DNA from: Elainellaceae cyanobacterium
Lineage (GTDB): Bacteria; Cyanobacteriota; Cyanobacteriia; CAZCXK01
Direction: 5' to 3'
Assembly: GCA_051117555.1 (NCBI GenBank)
Contig: JBNPEG010000021.1
Coordinates: 63,101-127,100, forward strand
DNA length: 64,000 nucleotides
In this document: one piece after another, positions 9,458-20,161 of the stretch
How positions within the stretch are numbered: the stretch's first letter is position 1
How the letters are laid out: every line of letters starts with the position of its first letter
The notes under the pieces: model-generated
Seen by the model: the letters and a program-made list of their open reading frames with translations, nothing else
What the model was told of the DNA's origin: nothing
Databases searched by the model: none
Position numbers and translations under genes: made by a program

Positions 9458-11935
9458 TTAGCTGCGCAGCTCCACTCCAAATTTTTCTGCAAGGCTATCT
9501 CGCACGTTTGCATGCACCGGGTCAACATCAACGTCTGTTAACGTGCGATCGCTCGCCCGATAAATCAGTCGAAATGCCAAACTACGCTTTCCCTCTGGAA
9601 CGCCTTTTCCTCGATACTCATCGAACAGTTCGACCGACTCTAACAAGGGGGGGCCAGCTTTTTGAATTGCTCGTTTTAATTCTGCCACCGAGACTTGAAT
9701 TGGCGAATAGAGGGCAATGTCTCGATCCGAAGACGGATACGTAGAAAACGGCTTAAAGATTGGATTGATTCGCTCCTCTTGATCCATCTGATCAAGCATG
9801 ACATCCAAATCTAGTTCAAAGACATAGACCTGATCGGGTAATTCTCGTTCTTGACGAAGTTGCGGATGAAGCTGACCAAACGTTCCCAATCGCTGACCTT
9901 GAACCCACAACGACGCTGTACGCCCAGGGTGTAGCTCAGAATGGCGACAATCAGGCTGATATTCTACACCCAACCCTAGCCGTTGAAATGCGCTTTCCAA
10001 AATGCCCTTTGCTTCGAACCAGGTCAGAGGAACTTCACGTCCGCTATTTACCCAGCGCCCATATCGAGTGTCGCCTCCGATAATTCCCGCGACGCGATCT
10101 GCTTCGTCAAATCCATCTTCAGTGCGCCAAAACACTCGACCAATTTCGAAACCGTTTAGGGCGCCGCATCCTTTCTCTAAGTTGTATTGAAATGCATCAA
10201 TCAAACCGGGCAGCAGTTCGGTACGCAACGCAGAATATTCAGCAAAGAGGGGATTGGCAAGCTCGATCTGATTAGTGAACCCGGGTCGAACGAGAGAATA
10301 ATGAATGAGTTCTGTTAACCCGACTGCCTGGAATGCTGTTCGAATTTCTCGGGTTAGAGCGTAATCGACTGAAAGATATCCAAGCTCTGATTTGTCGGGC
10401 AAGGTATCGCAGAATTTGTTGTATCCATAGAGACGAGCGACCTCTTCAATGAGGTCAATTTCGCGTTCCAAATCTCGATACCGATAGGGCGGAACGCGCA
10501 CCGTCCACACGTTTGCCTGACTCGCGGGCGTGAGCTGGCATCCTAACGCCGTGAGCACGTGCTCCACATCTCCTGCAGTGAGTTCACCGGGCTCTATATC
10601 CGATGTGGATGAAGGCCCTACTCCATTTACTGACTGCATAACGGCAATCGGCCCTAACACATGGTTAATACGCTCTAAGCGAAGTTCGATCGTTCGAGAA
10701 AATGAAGCAAAATCGGGACGATGATCAGCGATCGCCTGTGTTAGTAGTGTTCCACCACTCAAACTGCACATCAGCAAGAGCGCACGGCGACATGCCAAGT
10801 CTAGTTCCGCTTGATTGACCCCGCGCTCATATCGAGTCGATGCCTCACTCCGCAACCCTTGACTTCGAGCAGACCGTCGAGTCGCTACCGGGTCAAAAAT
10901 TGCAGCTTCTAAGACTAAACGAGTCGTTCCGTCATAGACTTCGGTGTCCTCCCCACCCATAACACCCGCTAGGGCAACGGGGGCATCATTAGCCGTAATT
11001 AACAAGGTTTGTTCAGACAGTTTACGCACCTGCCCATCCAGAGTTTTCAAGGATTCGCTTGGATGGGCAAAGCGCACTCCGATTGTCAACGAATCTTGAC
11101 CTGCAACCTGGGAAAGGCGATCGGCATCAAATGCGTGTAGTGGTTGCCCCCATTCGAGCAAGACATAGTTGGTAACATCGACCACATTATTGATTGGGCG
11201 AATGCCCGAAGCTTGTAATCGCTGCTGAAGCCATCGCGGAGACGGGGCGATCGTAACATTCTCAATTTGGGTGCCGATGTAAGCGGGACAAGCGTGTGGC
11301 TCGGCTACACTCACAGTTAACCCACTTCCTTGAGTCTGAATAGACATTGGCGGCACATCAGGGAGATGAAGCTGAGCCCCCGTAATTGCTGAAATTTCGC
11401 GAGCAATTCCCACCATGCTAAGTGCATCGGCTCGATTGGCTGTTGACGTAAGGTCTAACACGACGTCATCCAACCCTAAGAAGGGGCGAGCATCCTCTCC
11501 CGGCTTCAGGTTTGTCTCAGAAAATATGTGAATCCCCTGTGACTCCTTGGCCAAACCCAATTCAGCTAACGAACAGATCATGCCCTCGGACGGAACATCG
11601 CGTAATTTTCTAGGTCGAATCTTTAAGTCGACAATGGGCAAATACGTACCAACGGTCGCAACAGGTACAAACGTATCCGTCTTGACATTAGACGCTCCAC
11701 AAACAATGGTTGAAGGAGCATCGCGACCAATATCGACCGTACATACGCGTAGCTTGTCCGCATTGGGGTGGGCTTTACAGTCTAAGACGTTGCCAATAAC
11801 AACCCCATTTGCCCAGGCGCGCCGGTCTTCAATATCTTCGACTTCAAACCCTGCCATCGTTAGCGTTTCCGCCAACTTGTCCGGGGTCATCGTTAGATCT
11901 ACCAGTTCAGATAGCCAGTTTAGTGAGATGCGCAT
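9458..11935 (-). CDS. pheT: Phenylalanine--tRNA ligase beta subunit
   Basis: [36 protein letters not shown]5 domain [14 protein letters not shown] and FDX-ACB C-terminus. Confidence 0.97.
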   Translation of the reverse strand: MRISLNWLSELVDLTMTPDKLAETLTMAGFEVEDIEDRRAWANGVVIGNVLDCKAHPNADKLRVCTVDIGRDAPSTIVCGASNVKTDTFVPVATVGTYLPIVDLKIRPRKLRDVPSEGMICSLAELGLAKESQGIHIFSETNLKPGEDARPFLGLDDVVLDLTSTANRADALSMVGIAREISAITGAQLHLPDVPPMSIQTQGSGLTVSVAEPHACPAYIGTQIENVTIAPSPRWLQQRLQASGIRPINNVVDVTNYVLLEWGQPLHAFDADRLSQVAGQDSLTIGVRFAHPSESLKTLDGQVRKLSEQTLLITANDAPVALAGVMGGEDTEVYDGTTRLVLEAAIFDPVATRRSARSQGLRSEASTRYERGVNQAELDLACRRALLLMCSLSGGTLLTQAIADHRPDFASFSRTIELRLERINHVLGPIAVMQSVNGVGPSSTSDIEPGELTAGDVEHVLTALGCQLTPASQANVWTVRVPPYRYRDLEREIDLIEEVARLYGYNKFCDTLPDKSELGYLSVDYALTREIRTAFQAVGLTELIHYSLVRPGFTNQIELANPLFAEYSALRTELLPGLIDAFQYNLEKGCGALNGFEIGRVFWRTEDGFDEADRVAGIIGGDTRYGRWVNSGREVPLTWFEAKGILESAFQRLGLGVEYQPDCRHSELHPGRTASLWVQGQRLGTFGQLHPQLRQERELPDQVYVFELDLDVMLDQMDQEERINPIFKPFSTYPSSDRDIALYSPIQVSVAELKRAIQKAGPPLLESVELFDEYRGKGVPEGKRSLAFRLIYRASDRTLTDVDVDPVHANVRDSLAEKFGVELRS

Positions 11936-12288
11936 TGCCTCGCGTGCTCTTAAGCCAGTTAAGTTATGCTACGCCCCCTATTCTACTGCCCAGACGCGAA
12001 ATTCCTCCTAGTTTCTGGATAACGCATTGGGGATGACGTAAAGGTAATTAATCCTGCTCTCTAAAAAAGGTGAACACAATGGGCTTTTACTAAGATTTCA
12101 ATCAAAATGGGAATAACTTCAGCAATTCTTTAAGAGATTTCCCGCAAGAATGGGGCTGCATTCTGCCTTTCCTGCCAAGATAATGGAATCATCGTGTCAA
12201 ACTTTGGGCAAGCATCCAGATTTGTGGGTCTGTTGATACAGGTTGCGAGGGTTGACACTTTGGTGCGCGATAAAGCGAGTAATGTGGA

Positions 12289-13899
12289 ATGAGCTACTGT
12301 TTGAACTCAGCCTGCCCTCATCCTGAAAATTTGGCTCACACAGAATTTTGCCAAGCCTGTGGCTCTACGCTACTGCTACGCGATCGCTATCGAGTTATTC
12401 GAGCGCTAGGGCATGGAGGGTTTGGAGCAACATTTCTGGCAATTGATGAATCGTTGCCGGGTCATCCTAATTGCGTCATCAAACAGTTAAGACCTGCTGC
12501 GTCGTCGCCCCACGTCCTAAAAATGGCGAGAGACCTGTTTGATCGAGAAGCCAAGACGCTCGGAAAAATTGGCGATCATCCCCAAGTTCCTAGACTGCTC
12601 GATTATTTTGATGCCAATCAGGAATTTTATCTAGTTCAAGAATTTATCAGTGGTTCGACGCTCCAGCAAGAGGTCAAGCGATCGGGGCCATTTAGTGAAG
12701 CAGGGGTCAAGCAGTTTCTCAGCGAAGTCTTGCCGATGCTGCAATATATTCATAGCCAGCAAGTCATTCACCGAGACATTAAACCTGCAAATTTGATTCG
12801 TCGCTACCAAGATAAGAAACTAGTCCTCATTGATTTTGGAGCCGTTAAAGATCGCATCACGCCGACTCGCGCAGGCGCATCTGAGCAAACGGCACTGACC
12901 GCGTATGCAATTGGCACCCCAGGCTATGCCCCTCCCGAACAGATGGCAATGCGCCCAACCTATGCCAGCGATGTGTATGCATTAGGTGTCACATGCATTT
13001 ATCTACTCACAGGCAAAGCGCCTAAAGACATGGACTACGACACGGCAACAGGCGAGGTGCTGTGGCAAGATTATGTGCACGTTAGTGACCATTTTGCGGA
13101 CGTTCTGACGAAAATGTTGGAAGTGTCGGTCCGGCATCGCTATCAATCAGCAGCAGACGTTCTCAGAGCCCTTGACCTGGTTCCCTATATGGACAGTCTG
13201 GCGGAAAGTATGGTATCACGCCCCAATCCGCCCTCGTCCAAAACGTCTGACTATAGCTCCGATAATCTTGCGAGCCCGCTTCCACCCTCAACTCCGACTG
13301 CTAGACTTGCTGCACAGATCCGCGCTCGAAAAATAAGAAACTCATCAGGTTCAACCAGCTTCCAGGTAGACTCGTCTCGAAAAGGGCCTCGATCTCATCC
13401 TTCTACAGGGTCGGGGAATTCGTCGGGGCGAGCTAATAAGTTAACTTCAACCGTGAACAAGTTCGACGAACGGCAAATCTTAGATGCATATGCTAAAGGA
13501 CATCGTAATTTTGCGCATCGTGACCTGAGCTTACTTAATTTGCAAGAGGCTCAATTATCGGGGGCAAATTTCCATCAGGCAAATTTGCATCAAGCAAAAC
13601 TCAGCGGCGCAAATTTTCAAAAGGCCGATCTGGGTGAAGCTGATTTGGCGCAGGCTAATTTGAATCAGGCAAGCCTGAAAGATGCCAATTTAGTGGGTGC
13701 GTTTTTGATGAATGCTGACCTGGGTCGAGCCGATCTGCGCGGTGCCAACTTGAGCTATGCCCACCTCAGCAATACCAACCTCCGAGGAGCGAATTTGTGT
13801 GGAGCAGACCTAACAGGTGCTAAGGTATCGGATGCTCAGCTTGCGATGGCTCGAACCAACTGGAAGACGATTCATCCACGCGGCAAGCGCTTGTGGTAA
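12289..13899 (+). CDS. spkB: Ser/Thr protein kinase with N-terminal Zn-ribbon and C-terminal pentapeptide repeats (SpkB type)
   Basis: LGHGGFG, HRDIKPAN, DFG and GTPGYAPPE kinase motifs; A(D/N)LxxA pentapeptide repeats. Confidence 0.85.
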   Translation: MSYCLNSACPHPENLAHTEFCQACGSTLLLRDRYRVIRALGHGGFGATFLAIDESLPGHPNCVIKQLRPAASSPHVLKMARDLFDREAKTLGKIGDHPQVPRLLDYFDANQEFYLVQEFISGSTLQQEVKRSGPFSEAGVKQFLSEVLPMLQYIHSQQVIHRDIKPANLIRRYQDKKLVLIDFGAVKDRITPTRAGASEQTALTAYAIGTPGYAPPEQMAMRPTYASDVYALGVTCIYLLTGKAPKDMDYDTATGEVLWQDYVHVSDHFADVLTKMLEVSVRHRYQSAADVLRALDLVPYMDSLAESMVSRPNPPSSKTSDYSSDNLASPLPPSTPTARLAAQIRARKIRNSSGSTSFQVDSSRKGPRSHPSTGSGNSSGRANKLTSTVNKFDERQILDAYAKGHRNFAHRDLSLLNLQEAQLSGANFHQANLHQAKLSGANFQKADLGEADLAQANLNQASLKDANLVGAFLMNADLGRADLRGANLSYAHLSNTNLRGANLCGADLTGAKVSDAQLAMARTNWKTIHPRGKRLW

Positions 13900-13925
13900 G
13901 GTGCTGATGAATTTATGAACAAGAC

Positions 13926-14231
13926 ATGGCTACTCCTAACGATATGTCGTCAGACCGCTCAAATCAAAACCGCTTAAATCGCTCTAACTTGAGTAATGAA
14001 GAAATTGCTCGATTAAAAGCGGAGTTGAAGACCCCCTACCGAGGTCTAAGACAATTTGTTTATGTAGTGTGTGGAGCATCTGGATTAATTGGGGCATTTG
14101 TTTTTTTGTCTCAACTCATTGCGGGGCGAAATGTGGAGAATGCTTTTCCAAATTTTGCTCTACAAGTTGGTGTCGTCGCCTTAATGGTGTGGCTTTTTCG
14201 TTTAGAACTTCGAGCCAGTCGCAAGCGTTGA
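13926..14231 (+). CDS. DUF3493 (LPA1 C-terminal-like) membrane protein
   Basis: RLKAELKTPYRGLRQFVY followed by two hydrophobic helices. Confidence 0.75.
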   Translation: MATPNDMSSDRSNQNRLNRSNLSNEEIARLKAELKTPYRGLRQFVYVVCGASGLIGAFVFLSQLIAGRNVENAFPNFALQVGVVALMVWLFRLELRASRKR

Positions 14232-14249
14232 CTCGATGGTTAGATGACT

Positions 14250-14282
14250 AATTGATTTCCAATTGATTTCCAATTGATTTCC
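14250..14282. repeat. Tandem repeat 3 x AATTGATTTCC
   Basis: Three exact 11-bp units, read directly from the sequence. Confidence 0.9.
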
Positions 14283-14478
14283 AGGCGATCGCCATAGGGC
14301 GTCTGGCAAGGAGTCGCTTAATGTTTCTACACAGAAGTTTGCAAGCATTAGGATGCTGAAATATAAAGAAAACATTATGAAATTTAGAGGATTCGGGGAA
14401 CATTTGAGATATTAATAGAGAGTTCAAATGGGGTCAGCCTATATAAAGACCCTAACTATAAACCCTTAAATACGTCAT

Positions 14479-14516
14479 AAAGCGCTGTCGAAATAAATGA
14501 GTTTCGACAGCGCTTT
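14479..14516 (-). terminator. Perfect 15-bp stem inverted repeat, likely a terminator
   Basis: AAAGCGCTGTCGAAA / TTTCGACAGCGCTTT, immediately 3' of the stop of the 14522 gene, between convergent genes. Confidence 0.7.
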
Positions 14517-14521
14517 GTAGA

Positions 14522-16114
14522 TCATGGATAAGTTACTGCATAAGGTGACGAAATCGCTTCGGCCTCACCCGTGCTGACTAACGCCTGATAGACAAATGCG
14601 GCCACATCTGCACGAGTCGCCACTTCATTGGGCGATAGCTGATTGATATCAGGATAATTGACAACGATGCTACGTTCAGTCGCCGCTGCAACTGACGCCT
14701 TTGCCCAATCTGGGATGAGGCCAGAGTCAGAATATTTATTGAGTGCATTTGCATTACCCTCATCGAACCCCAATCCACTGGCTAACGATACTAAGACCTG
14801 TACCCGTGGAATTTGCTCGTCAGGACGAAACATTTGCCCTGGATACCCGCTCATAAACTCACTGCGATACGCTTCACGAATAGCTCTATACGCCCAAAAG
14901 CTTTGACTCACATCCACAAAGTTGATCAACGGGCGTTTCGGTTCGGCTTCAAACGCCTTAGTTACAATTGCAGCAAACTGGGCGCGAGTCACAGGGTCAT
15001 TGGGGCGAAAGGTTCCGTCAGGGAAGCCCCCGATAATGCCTCTGGACGCCAAGGCTTCGATATACTCTTGCGCCCAATGTCCTTGAACATCGGGAAATCC
15101 GACAACCCGCGCAACAAATTCAACCTCTCCAGCAATTTGCTCTGAATCGACCTGATTTCCGACTGCAAGCAACACGTTATTACGAGTGGAGTTATTGATG
15201 GCATACCGCCCATTATTTACGATGATATTTTCGCCAGGGTCGTCCGCAGTTCCTAAGTTGGGCATTGCCTCGGCGATCGCCACCACTCCATCTCGACTAT
15301 TGTTGCGAATCACATTCCGACGAAGGATAGGACGGGCTCGGTTGGATGCCACCACACCATCCACATTCTCAACGATCTGATTACCCTCAATTAACGGAGT
15401 AGAAGTATCTCCTACAGCAATAGCAAATCCAGTATTCTGAAATTCATTATTCCGAATTTTGCCGCTTGACTGGCGTACGACTGAGATACCATTGGCGTCA
15501 TTTTGGATAAACACATTGCTCTCGATTGTGGGATTCCCCGTTCCCGTCACAAACACGCCTTCTCGCAAACTATTCGAAAACGTGTTGTTGCGAATCGTTG
15601 GGTTTGTTGACTCAACCCAGACGCCAGTGCCGCGACTGTTTGGGTTTGTAACCGTGACGCCTCGAAGCTGGCTGTCATCTAGCATAACAATCGTGACATT
15701 TTGTCCTGCAAAGCTCGGGCTCACTAAACTGCCGCTGCCGATGATAACGGATGTTCCACCATTATTGGGTTCATCTCCCCGAACAATAACTCCAGGGGGA
15801 ATCGTCAGCGGAAATACCTCGCCCGTGTCTCTCGTATAGCTACCCGGAGCAAGCTGAATGACAGTGTTGTCGGTGGCCTGCTCAAGCGCATACGCAATCG
15901 TTCGATAGGGAAAATTCTCACGCCCGCTCGTTGGCGTATCAGCACCCAAAATTGGATTAACGTAAACAACTCGTGAATTAGCGGGAAGTTGCTGAGCTGT
16001 TCTCACCGGAGACGCAGAACCAGCAAGTGCTGTCAGTGATGCAAGTGATGCAACCGTTCCACCGGCACAAATTAGCAGTGTAGTTAAACTGATGTTGAGA
16101 GAGCGCTTAATCAT
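14522..16114 (-). CDS. DUF1565 / right-handed beta-helix protein with C-terminal S-layer homology (SLH) domains
   Basis: Signal-like N-terminus from MIKRS (16114), YVNP..G.D...G...PYRTI, PbH1 repeats, and SLH motifs FPDVQGHWA, GFPDGTFRP and TRAQFA. Confidence 0.85.
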   Translation of the reverse strand: MIKRSLNISLTTLLICAGGTVASLASLTALAGSASPVRTAQQLPANSRVVYVNPILGADTPTSGRENFPYRTIAYALEQATDNTVIQLAPGSYTRDTGEVFPLTIPPGVIVRGDEPNNGGTSVIIGSGSLVSPSFAGQNVTIVMLDDSQLRGVTVTNPNSRGTGVWVESTNPTIRNNTFSNSLREGVFVTGTGNPTIESNVFIQNDANGISVVRQSSGKIRNNEFQNTGFAIAVGDTSTPLIEGNQIVENVDGVVASNRARPILRRNVIRNNSRDGVVAIAEAMPNLGTADDPGENIIVNNGRYAINNSTRNNVLLAVGNQVDSEQIAGEVEFVARVVGFPDVQGHWAQEYIEALASRGIIGGFPDGTFRPNDPVTRAQFAAIVTKAFEAEPKRPLINFVDVSQSFWAYRAIREAYRSEFMSGYPGQMFRPDEQIPRVQVLVSLASGLGFDEGNANALNKYSDSGLIPDWAKASVAAATERSIVVNYPDINQLSPNEVATRADVAAFVYQALVSTGEAEAISSPYAVTYP

Positions 16115-16446
16115 GGGAAGAGATGTCTTCGGATATATGGAGCGATTCGTTAAGGCGCAATTATGATTTGCTGGGTTTGCCCGAGACTTTTGGCATGTCA
16201 TGGGTAATGTACCTGAAATTTTAAAGGATAGTTAAAGCTGCCTATTAGCCCTATTTACGTCTAGACCCGATCGATTGACAACTCTTTAGTGTATAGCCTT
16301 ACGGGCTCAGGTTTGTGTGGTGAGCCCCCGCAGCGCGGGGTACGCGTTTAGCACATGTGTTAGGGTCCCCCGCTATCGCTGCCCGGAAAAGGGGGTATTT
16401 ACGGGTTATTAAAGTCCCCCTTTTTCTTTTTAGGGATTTAGACCTG

Positions 16447-16572
16447 TGTAGTGTCGTGACACAGCTAAAATAGTGCAAACCCTTAAAGGGCTGAAACTCT
16501 TGAAACCGGTGCGTTACGCTGCGCTAACGGCACCCTGCCAATGCATTATTTTAGCTGTGCCACGCCACTACA
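16447..16572. mobile_element. 126-bp MITE with 31-bp terminal inverted repeats and an internal REP-like hairpin
   Basis: Left arm TGTAGTGTCGTGACACAGCTAAAATAGTGCA vs reverse complement of right arm TGTAGTGGCGTGGCACAGCTAAAATAATGCA (3 mismatches). Internal GGTGCGTTACGCTGCGCTAACGGCACC. Confidence 0.75.
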
Positions 16573-16977
16573 TTTGATTCCGTTCACCTAGCTTATGCTG
16601 AACTCTTAGGGCTTGTTAAAAATAACTTCATGGTGGTGCGTTGCGCTGACGCTTTAGCGTAGCCATGCCTGAAAGGCTATACAGCACCCTACGGCTCAAT
16701 CAAATCGTGACGTTGTTTCTTTACGGCCTCTTAGGTTGTTTGAATTGAATCGATTAAGGCTAAATCATCGATGATCCGCGCTTACATCGCGCTATGGTGT
16801 ATGAGAGGGCGATCGCCAGACGTCTGTCACGATTCTAGACAATCCTCCAATCTCACCATACAGGACGCAACCCATCTAACCCCGATTTCGTCCTCAGTCT
16901 TATCCAATGACTCAACTCTGAGATTTCCGTTTACCGTTGAGCATCCACACAACACTGTGACACGCGAGCATGTAGTT

Positions 16978-17529
16978 ATGAAATTCTTCATTCGATCATT
17001 ATCGGCAGTGGGGCTTGCCATCGGCTTATGCGCGGGCAGTCTGCTGTTCAATTCCCCTGCTGGGGCAGCCGAGCGAGTCGTTTTGAAGTATAAGATCTTT
17101 AATCGCTCTATCCCTGTACAGGATCTGAGTGACTTGGCAGAAACAGGTGAGGTTTCGCCAACGCTCAGGGCATACTTTAGGTTAACGAATCGAGATCCTG
17201 ACGATCTTCGTTCAGCTCTCAACCGCGAAGTTCCCGTCAATTTGATTGCGCTCGATCGTATTCTCAATAGCCCGATCGGCAACATTGCCATTGATGAAGT
17301 GAGCAAGACGATACATACGTCGTCTGGGGAGGGCGATCGCCAAGCAATGCGGTCAGCCCTCATTTTGTCAGCAACGGGAGACAACCGCATCAGTCTGATT
17401 GAGGTCATCGAAAACTATCCAACCGAATCTGTTCACGTAGAGGGCGATCGCCTAGTCGCAGCGTATGAGGAAATCGCAGCCCTCCAGCGTCGAATTGATC
17501 AATTAATGGATAGCATCGGATTATTTTAA
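16978..17529 (+). CDS. DUF1400 (alpha/beta hydrolase-associated) secreted protein
   Basis: Signal peptide MKFFIRS...AGAAERV, then SIPVQDLSDLAETG and ISLIEVIENYP DUF1400 motifs. The upstream extension in the ORF track is probably not coding. Confidence 0.8.
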   Translation: MKFFIRSLSAVGLAIGLCAGSLLFNSPAGAAERVVLKYKIFNRSIPVQDLSDLAETGEVSPTLRAYFRLTNRDPDDLRSALNREVPVNLIALDRILNSPIGNIAIDEVSKTIHTSSGEGDRQAMRSALILSATGDNRISLIEVIENYPTESVHVEGDRLVAAYEEIAALQRRIDQLMDSIGLF

Positions 17530-17577
17530 CGATCTGGCAATTTGATACTGAATCCTGTCTGGTATCGATATTGGCTG

Positions 17578-17781
17578 CTAATATGCCAAGGTATCTAGCG
17601 TTTCTCGCAAATAGCTCAACACGAGCTCATCATGACTCAACTCAGGGCTTTGGGCACGATCTACTTTTTCCATACGCCAGCTCTGAAAGCCTGAGCTAGC
17701 AGAAATCGCCCGTTTGAGACTATCCCATGTCATCTGGTCATCTGAAAATCGACTGTGGGATAAAGATGGAGAACTCGCCAT
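17578..17781 (-). CDS. Conserved small cyanobacterial hypothetical protein
   Basis: TWDSLKRAISASSGFQSW...YLRETLDTLAY, a recognisable conserved cyanobacterial motif. Confidence 0.75.
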   Translation of the reverse strand: MASSPSLSHSRFSDDQMTWDSLKRAISASSGFQSWRMEKVDRAQSPELSHDELVLSYLRETLDTLAY

Positions 17782-18020
17782 AGCAAAACCTCTAAAAAGT
17801 GCCAGAAAAGTGCCAGATCAAAGCTGCTTACTTGAGATGACGACATAACTTCATCTGCATCAAGAGCCGCAACCTTTATTCAGGAAATTTTCCTGGTCCT
17901 AATCTGTGCATTATCCATACGACGATAACTTATCTCTCCGGTGACCTGTTGTGCTGAGATACACCATCATGCTCATTTCCCGAGAATTCCCCAAAGCAAT
18001 TCAAAATCAATGACCGCTGC

Positions 18021-18968
18021 TCAACTTGACGGAGGCTCTGACTCGTCAGGATTGATCGATTGAGTAACATTTGGATTGTGCGGATCTTCTCCGTCCTGTG
18101 TCTCTACCTCAGAGCCAGTATCCGTTTCAGAGGCATTTGCATTTGGCACCGTATCCGTTGTCCCGTCTGTTTGAGGGACTGGCTCTTCTAATTCATTCCC
18201 GTTAGATGAGGCGTCCGTTGCGGAGCCAGCATCGGGGGTAGATTCAGGTGGGACGGCTTCTGGCGAAGACTGTTTGGGCTGATCGGCGTCGTCCGCTGCT
18301 GATGTGTCAGTCGTTGTGTCTTGTCCTGATGCGGATGCGGCGGCTCCCTCGGTTGCAAGTTGAGGTGTTTCTACGACCATGTCTGGAAGAATTCTCTCGA
18401 CCCGCAACCCGATCACGCTAAAGTCCTTGGAAATGTGTTCAACGGCGTAGGGATTAGTGTCATTGACCTGAGACTCAGGCGCTAGTAAGACTCTTAGTAC
18501 ACTGGCTGGAACTTGTAGAAACACGTTGCTGAGCAAAAATGCGATCGCCCCAAGCAGCAAGCCACCCAGTCGCCACTGCGGCAGAAATGCGATGGAGGAA
18601 GCATCCAACGGAGGGGCGTTAAATAGTTTCCAAAGGGCGATCGCCAACACTCCTGAGACAACGATCGTCAGCACTTTCACCGGCGTCGTCCTAAACAGGT
18701 GCAGAATTTTCCGCTGCTCATCTGTTAGGCGATCGGGTTTAATCGCAACGACTAGCAAGCTAAAAATATAGAAAGGACGCTGCCACTGCATCCAAAATAC
18801 CGGCGCAATACCCACAACAGCGACAAATAAAAACTCCAGACCGACGGGCAGCACCGGATCGCCAGCAGCGAGTCCTAAAAAACAGAGTTCTAGAAAAATT
18901 GGGACGGCTGCGGCTCCAGCCAAGTGAATCCAGAGATAGGGATCTAACCGAAACGAGCGCATATTCAT
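18021..18968 (-). CDS. Low-complexity tail membrane protein
   Basis: MRSFRLDPYLWIHLAG N-terminus, four TM helices and an acidic S/T/P-rich tail. Confidence 0.8.
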   Translation of the reverse strand: MNMRSFRLDPYLWIHLAGAAAVPIFLELCFLGLAAGDPVLPVGLEFLFVAVVGIAPVFWMQWQRPFYIFSLLVVAIKPDRLTDEQRKILHLFRTTPVKVLTIVVSGVLAIALWKLFNAPPLDASSIAFLPQWRLGGLLLGAIAFLLSNVFLQVPASVLRVLLAPESQVNDTNPYAVEHISKDFSVIGLRVERILPDMVVETPQLATEGAAASASGQDTTTDTSAADDADQPKQSSPEAVPPESTPDAGSATDASSNGNELEEPVPQTDGTTDTVPNANASETDTGSEVETQDGEDPHNPNVTQSINPDESEPPSS

Positions 18969-19028
18969 GGGTCCAAGGCTTCACTGTCATACTAATCCAC
19001 CAGTGGACTCATATACTATGCTGGAATG

Positions 19029-19940
19029 TTAAGTAAACGATGATGAACAGTCTAATGCCTCAACCCATGCTTGAATTCGAGCGTTGACCTCGTCGGGCAC
19101 CTCATCATGAGGGCAGTGCCCTGCTTGGAGATAATACTCGGTGAGTTGAGGATAATGCCGACGAAACATTGCGCCTCGTTCGCGGGCATTCATCCACGGG
19201 TCGCCCTCTCCCCAAAGCATCAGTAGAGGGCAAGATACGCGTTGCAGCAATGCATCGACAGGTTCGCCTCGGGGCGACTTAAACACAGATGCAAACACCC
19301 TGGCAGCTCCTGGGTCACAAGACGGACGATAAATCTCTTCTACAAGCTGATTGGTCACCGCGGCCTTATTAAGGTAAACCTTCTCAAGAGTTTTACGAAT
19401 AATGGAACGCCGCCGCACATATTGAAACAGCATAAAACTGGGCAAGGGCTGAAGCAAAATAGACCGAATCAGGCTCTGCCAAATTTTTCTGGGCGATCGC
19501 CCAGAATCGGATGACTCGGCAGGCAGGCTGTCGCTGAAAGGACCTGCACTATTCAATAAAATCAATCCTGCGACCGAATCTGGATGGTGAGCCGCTACAC
19601 ACAGCGAGGCATATCCTCCTAATGAGTTGCCTACCAACACGGTGGGGCGCTTTATATGAGTTTGGATAAAATCGTGAAGCTGATCGCGCCACACATCGCC
19701 GCTATAAACCCAGTCAGGCTTTGCTGATCGACCAAACCCCAGCAAATCAATTGCCCAGACGTCAAACGCGGGCGTTAGCCCTGAAATATTTTTATGCCAA
19801 TGATCCGTCGAGGCTCCGAACCCGTGGACTAATAGCAGCGGGGGGTGCTGAGATGGGCGATCGCCCGCCTGCACATAATGAATAGGCTGCCCTCGCCACT
19901 GCCAATATGAGTGCTTCGGAGATGCGATGGATGTTTGCAT
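19029..19940 (-). CDS. Alpha/beta fold hydrolase
   Basis: LLVHGFGAS, IDLLGFGRS, GNSLGG nucleophile elbow and AGHCPHDE. Start taken at MQTS (19940). Confidence 0.9.
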   Translation of the reverse strand: MQTSIASPKHSYWQWRGQPIHYVQAGDRPSQHPPLLLVHGFGASTDHWHKNISGLTPAFDVWAIDLLGFGRSAKPDWVYSGDVWRDQLHDFIQTHIKRPTVLVGNSLGGYASLCVAAHHPDSVAGLILLNSAGPFSDSLPAESSDSGRSPRKIWQSLIRSILLQPLPSFMLFQYVRRRSIIRKTLEKVYLNKAAVTNQLVEEIYRPSCDPGAARVFASVFKSPRGEPVDALLQRVSCPLLMLWGEGDPWMNARERGAMFRRHYPQLTEYYLQAGHCPHDEVPDEVNARIQAWVEALDCSSSFT

Positions 19941-20161
19941 ACTTGAGGCGAAACTGTAACGTAATATTAATAATTTTACCGCAATCCCTTGGTACACCTT
20001 AAATAATTTATGTCTTGAGAATTTTCAAGATAATGGGGCAGATCATCACCGATGCAGTCTTGCTCCTCCAGATGGATGCTAAGCAGCGTTCTACATTTTT
20101 AGACTAAGGCAGTCTATCCTGACCCGTTCACTTAGCCTCACGGGGGATTTTCAAATTACCC

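Noticed and set aside
16827..17408. Long antisense ORFs (for example 16827..17408, 35509..36024, 52608..53147, 63318..63770)
   Set aside because: They overlap well-supported genes on the opposite strand or in another frame and lack motifs; codon-bias shadows.
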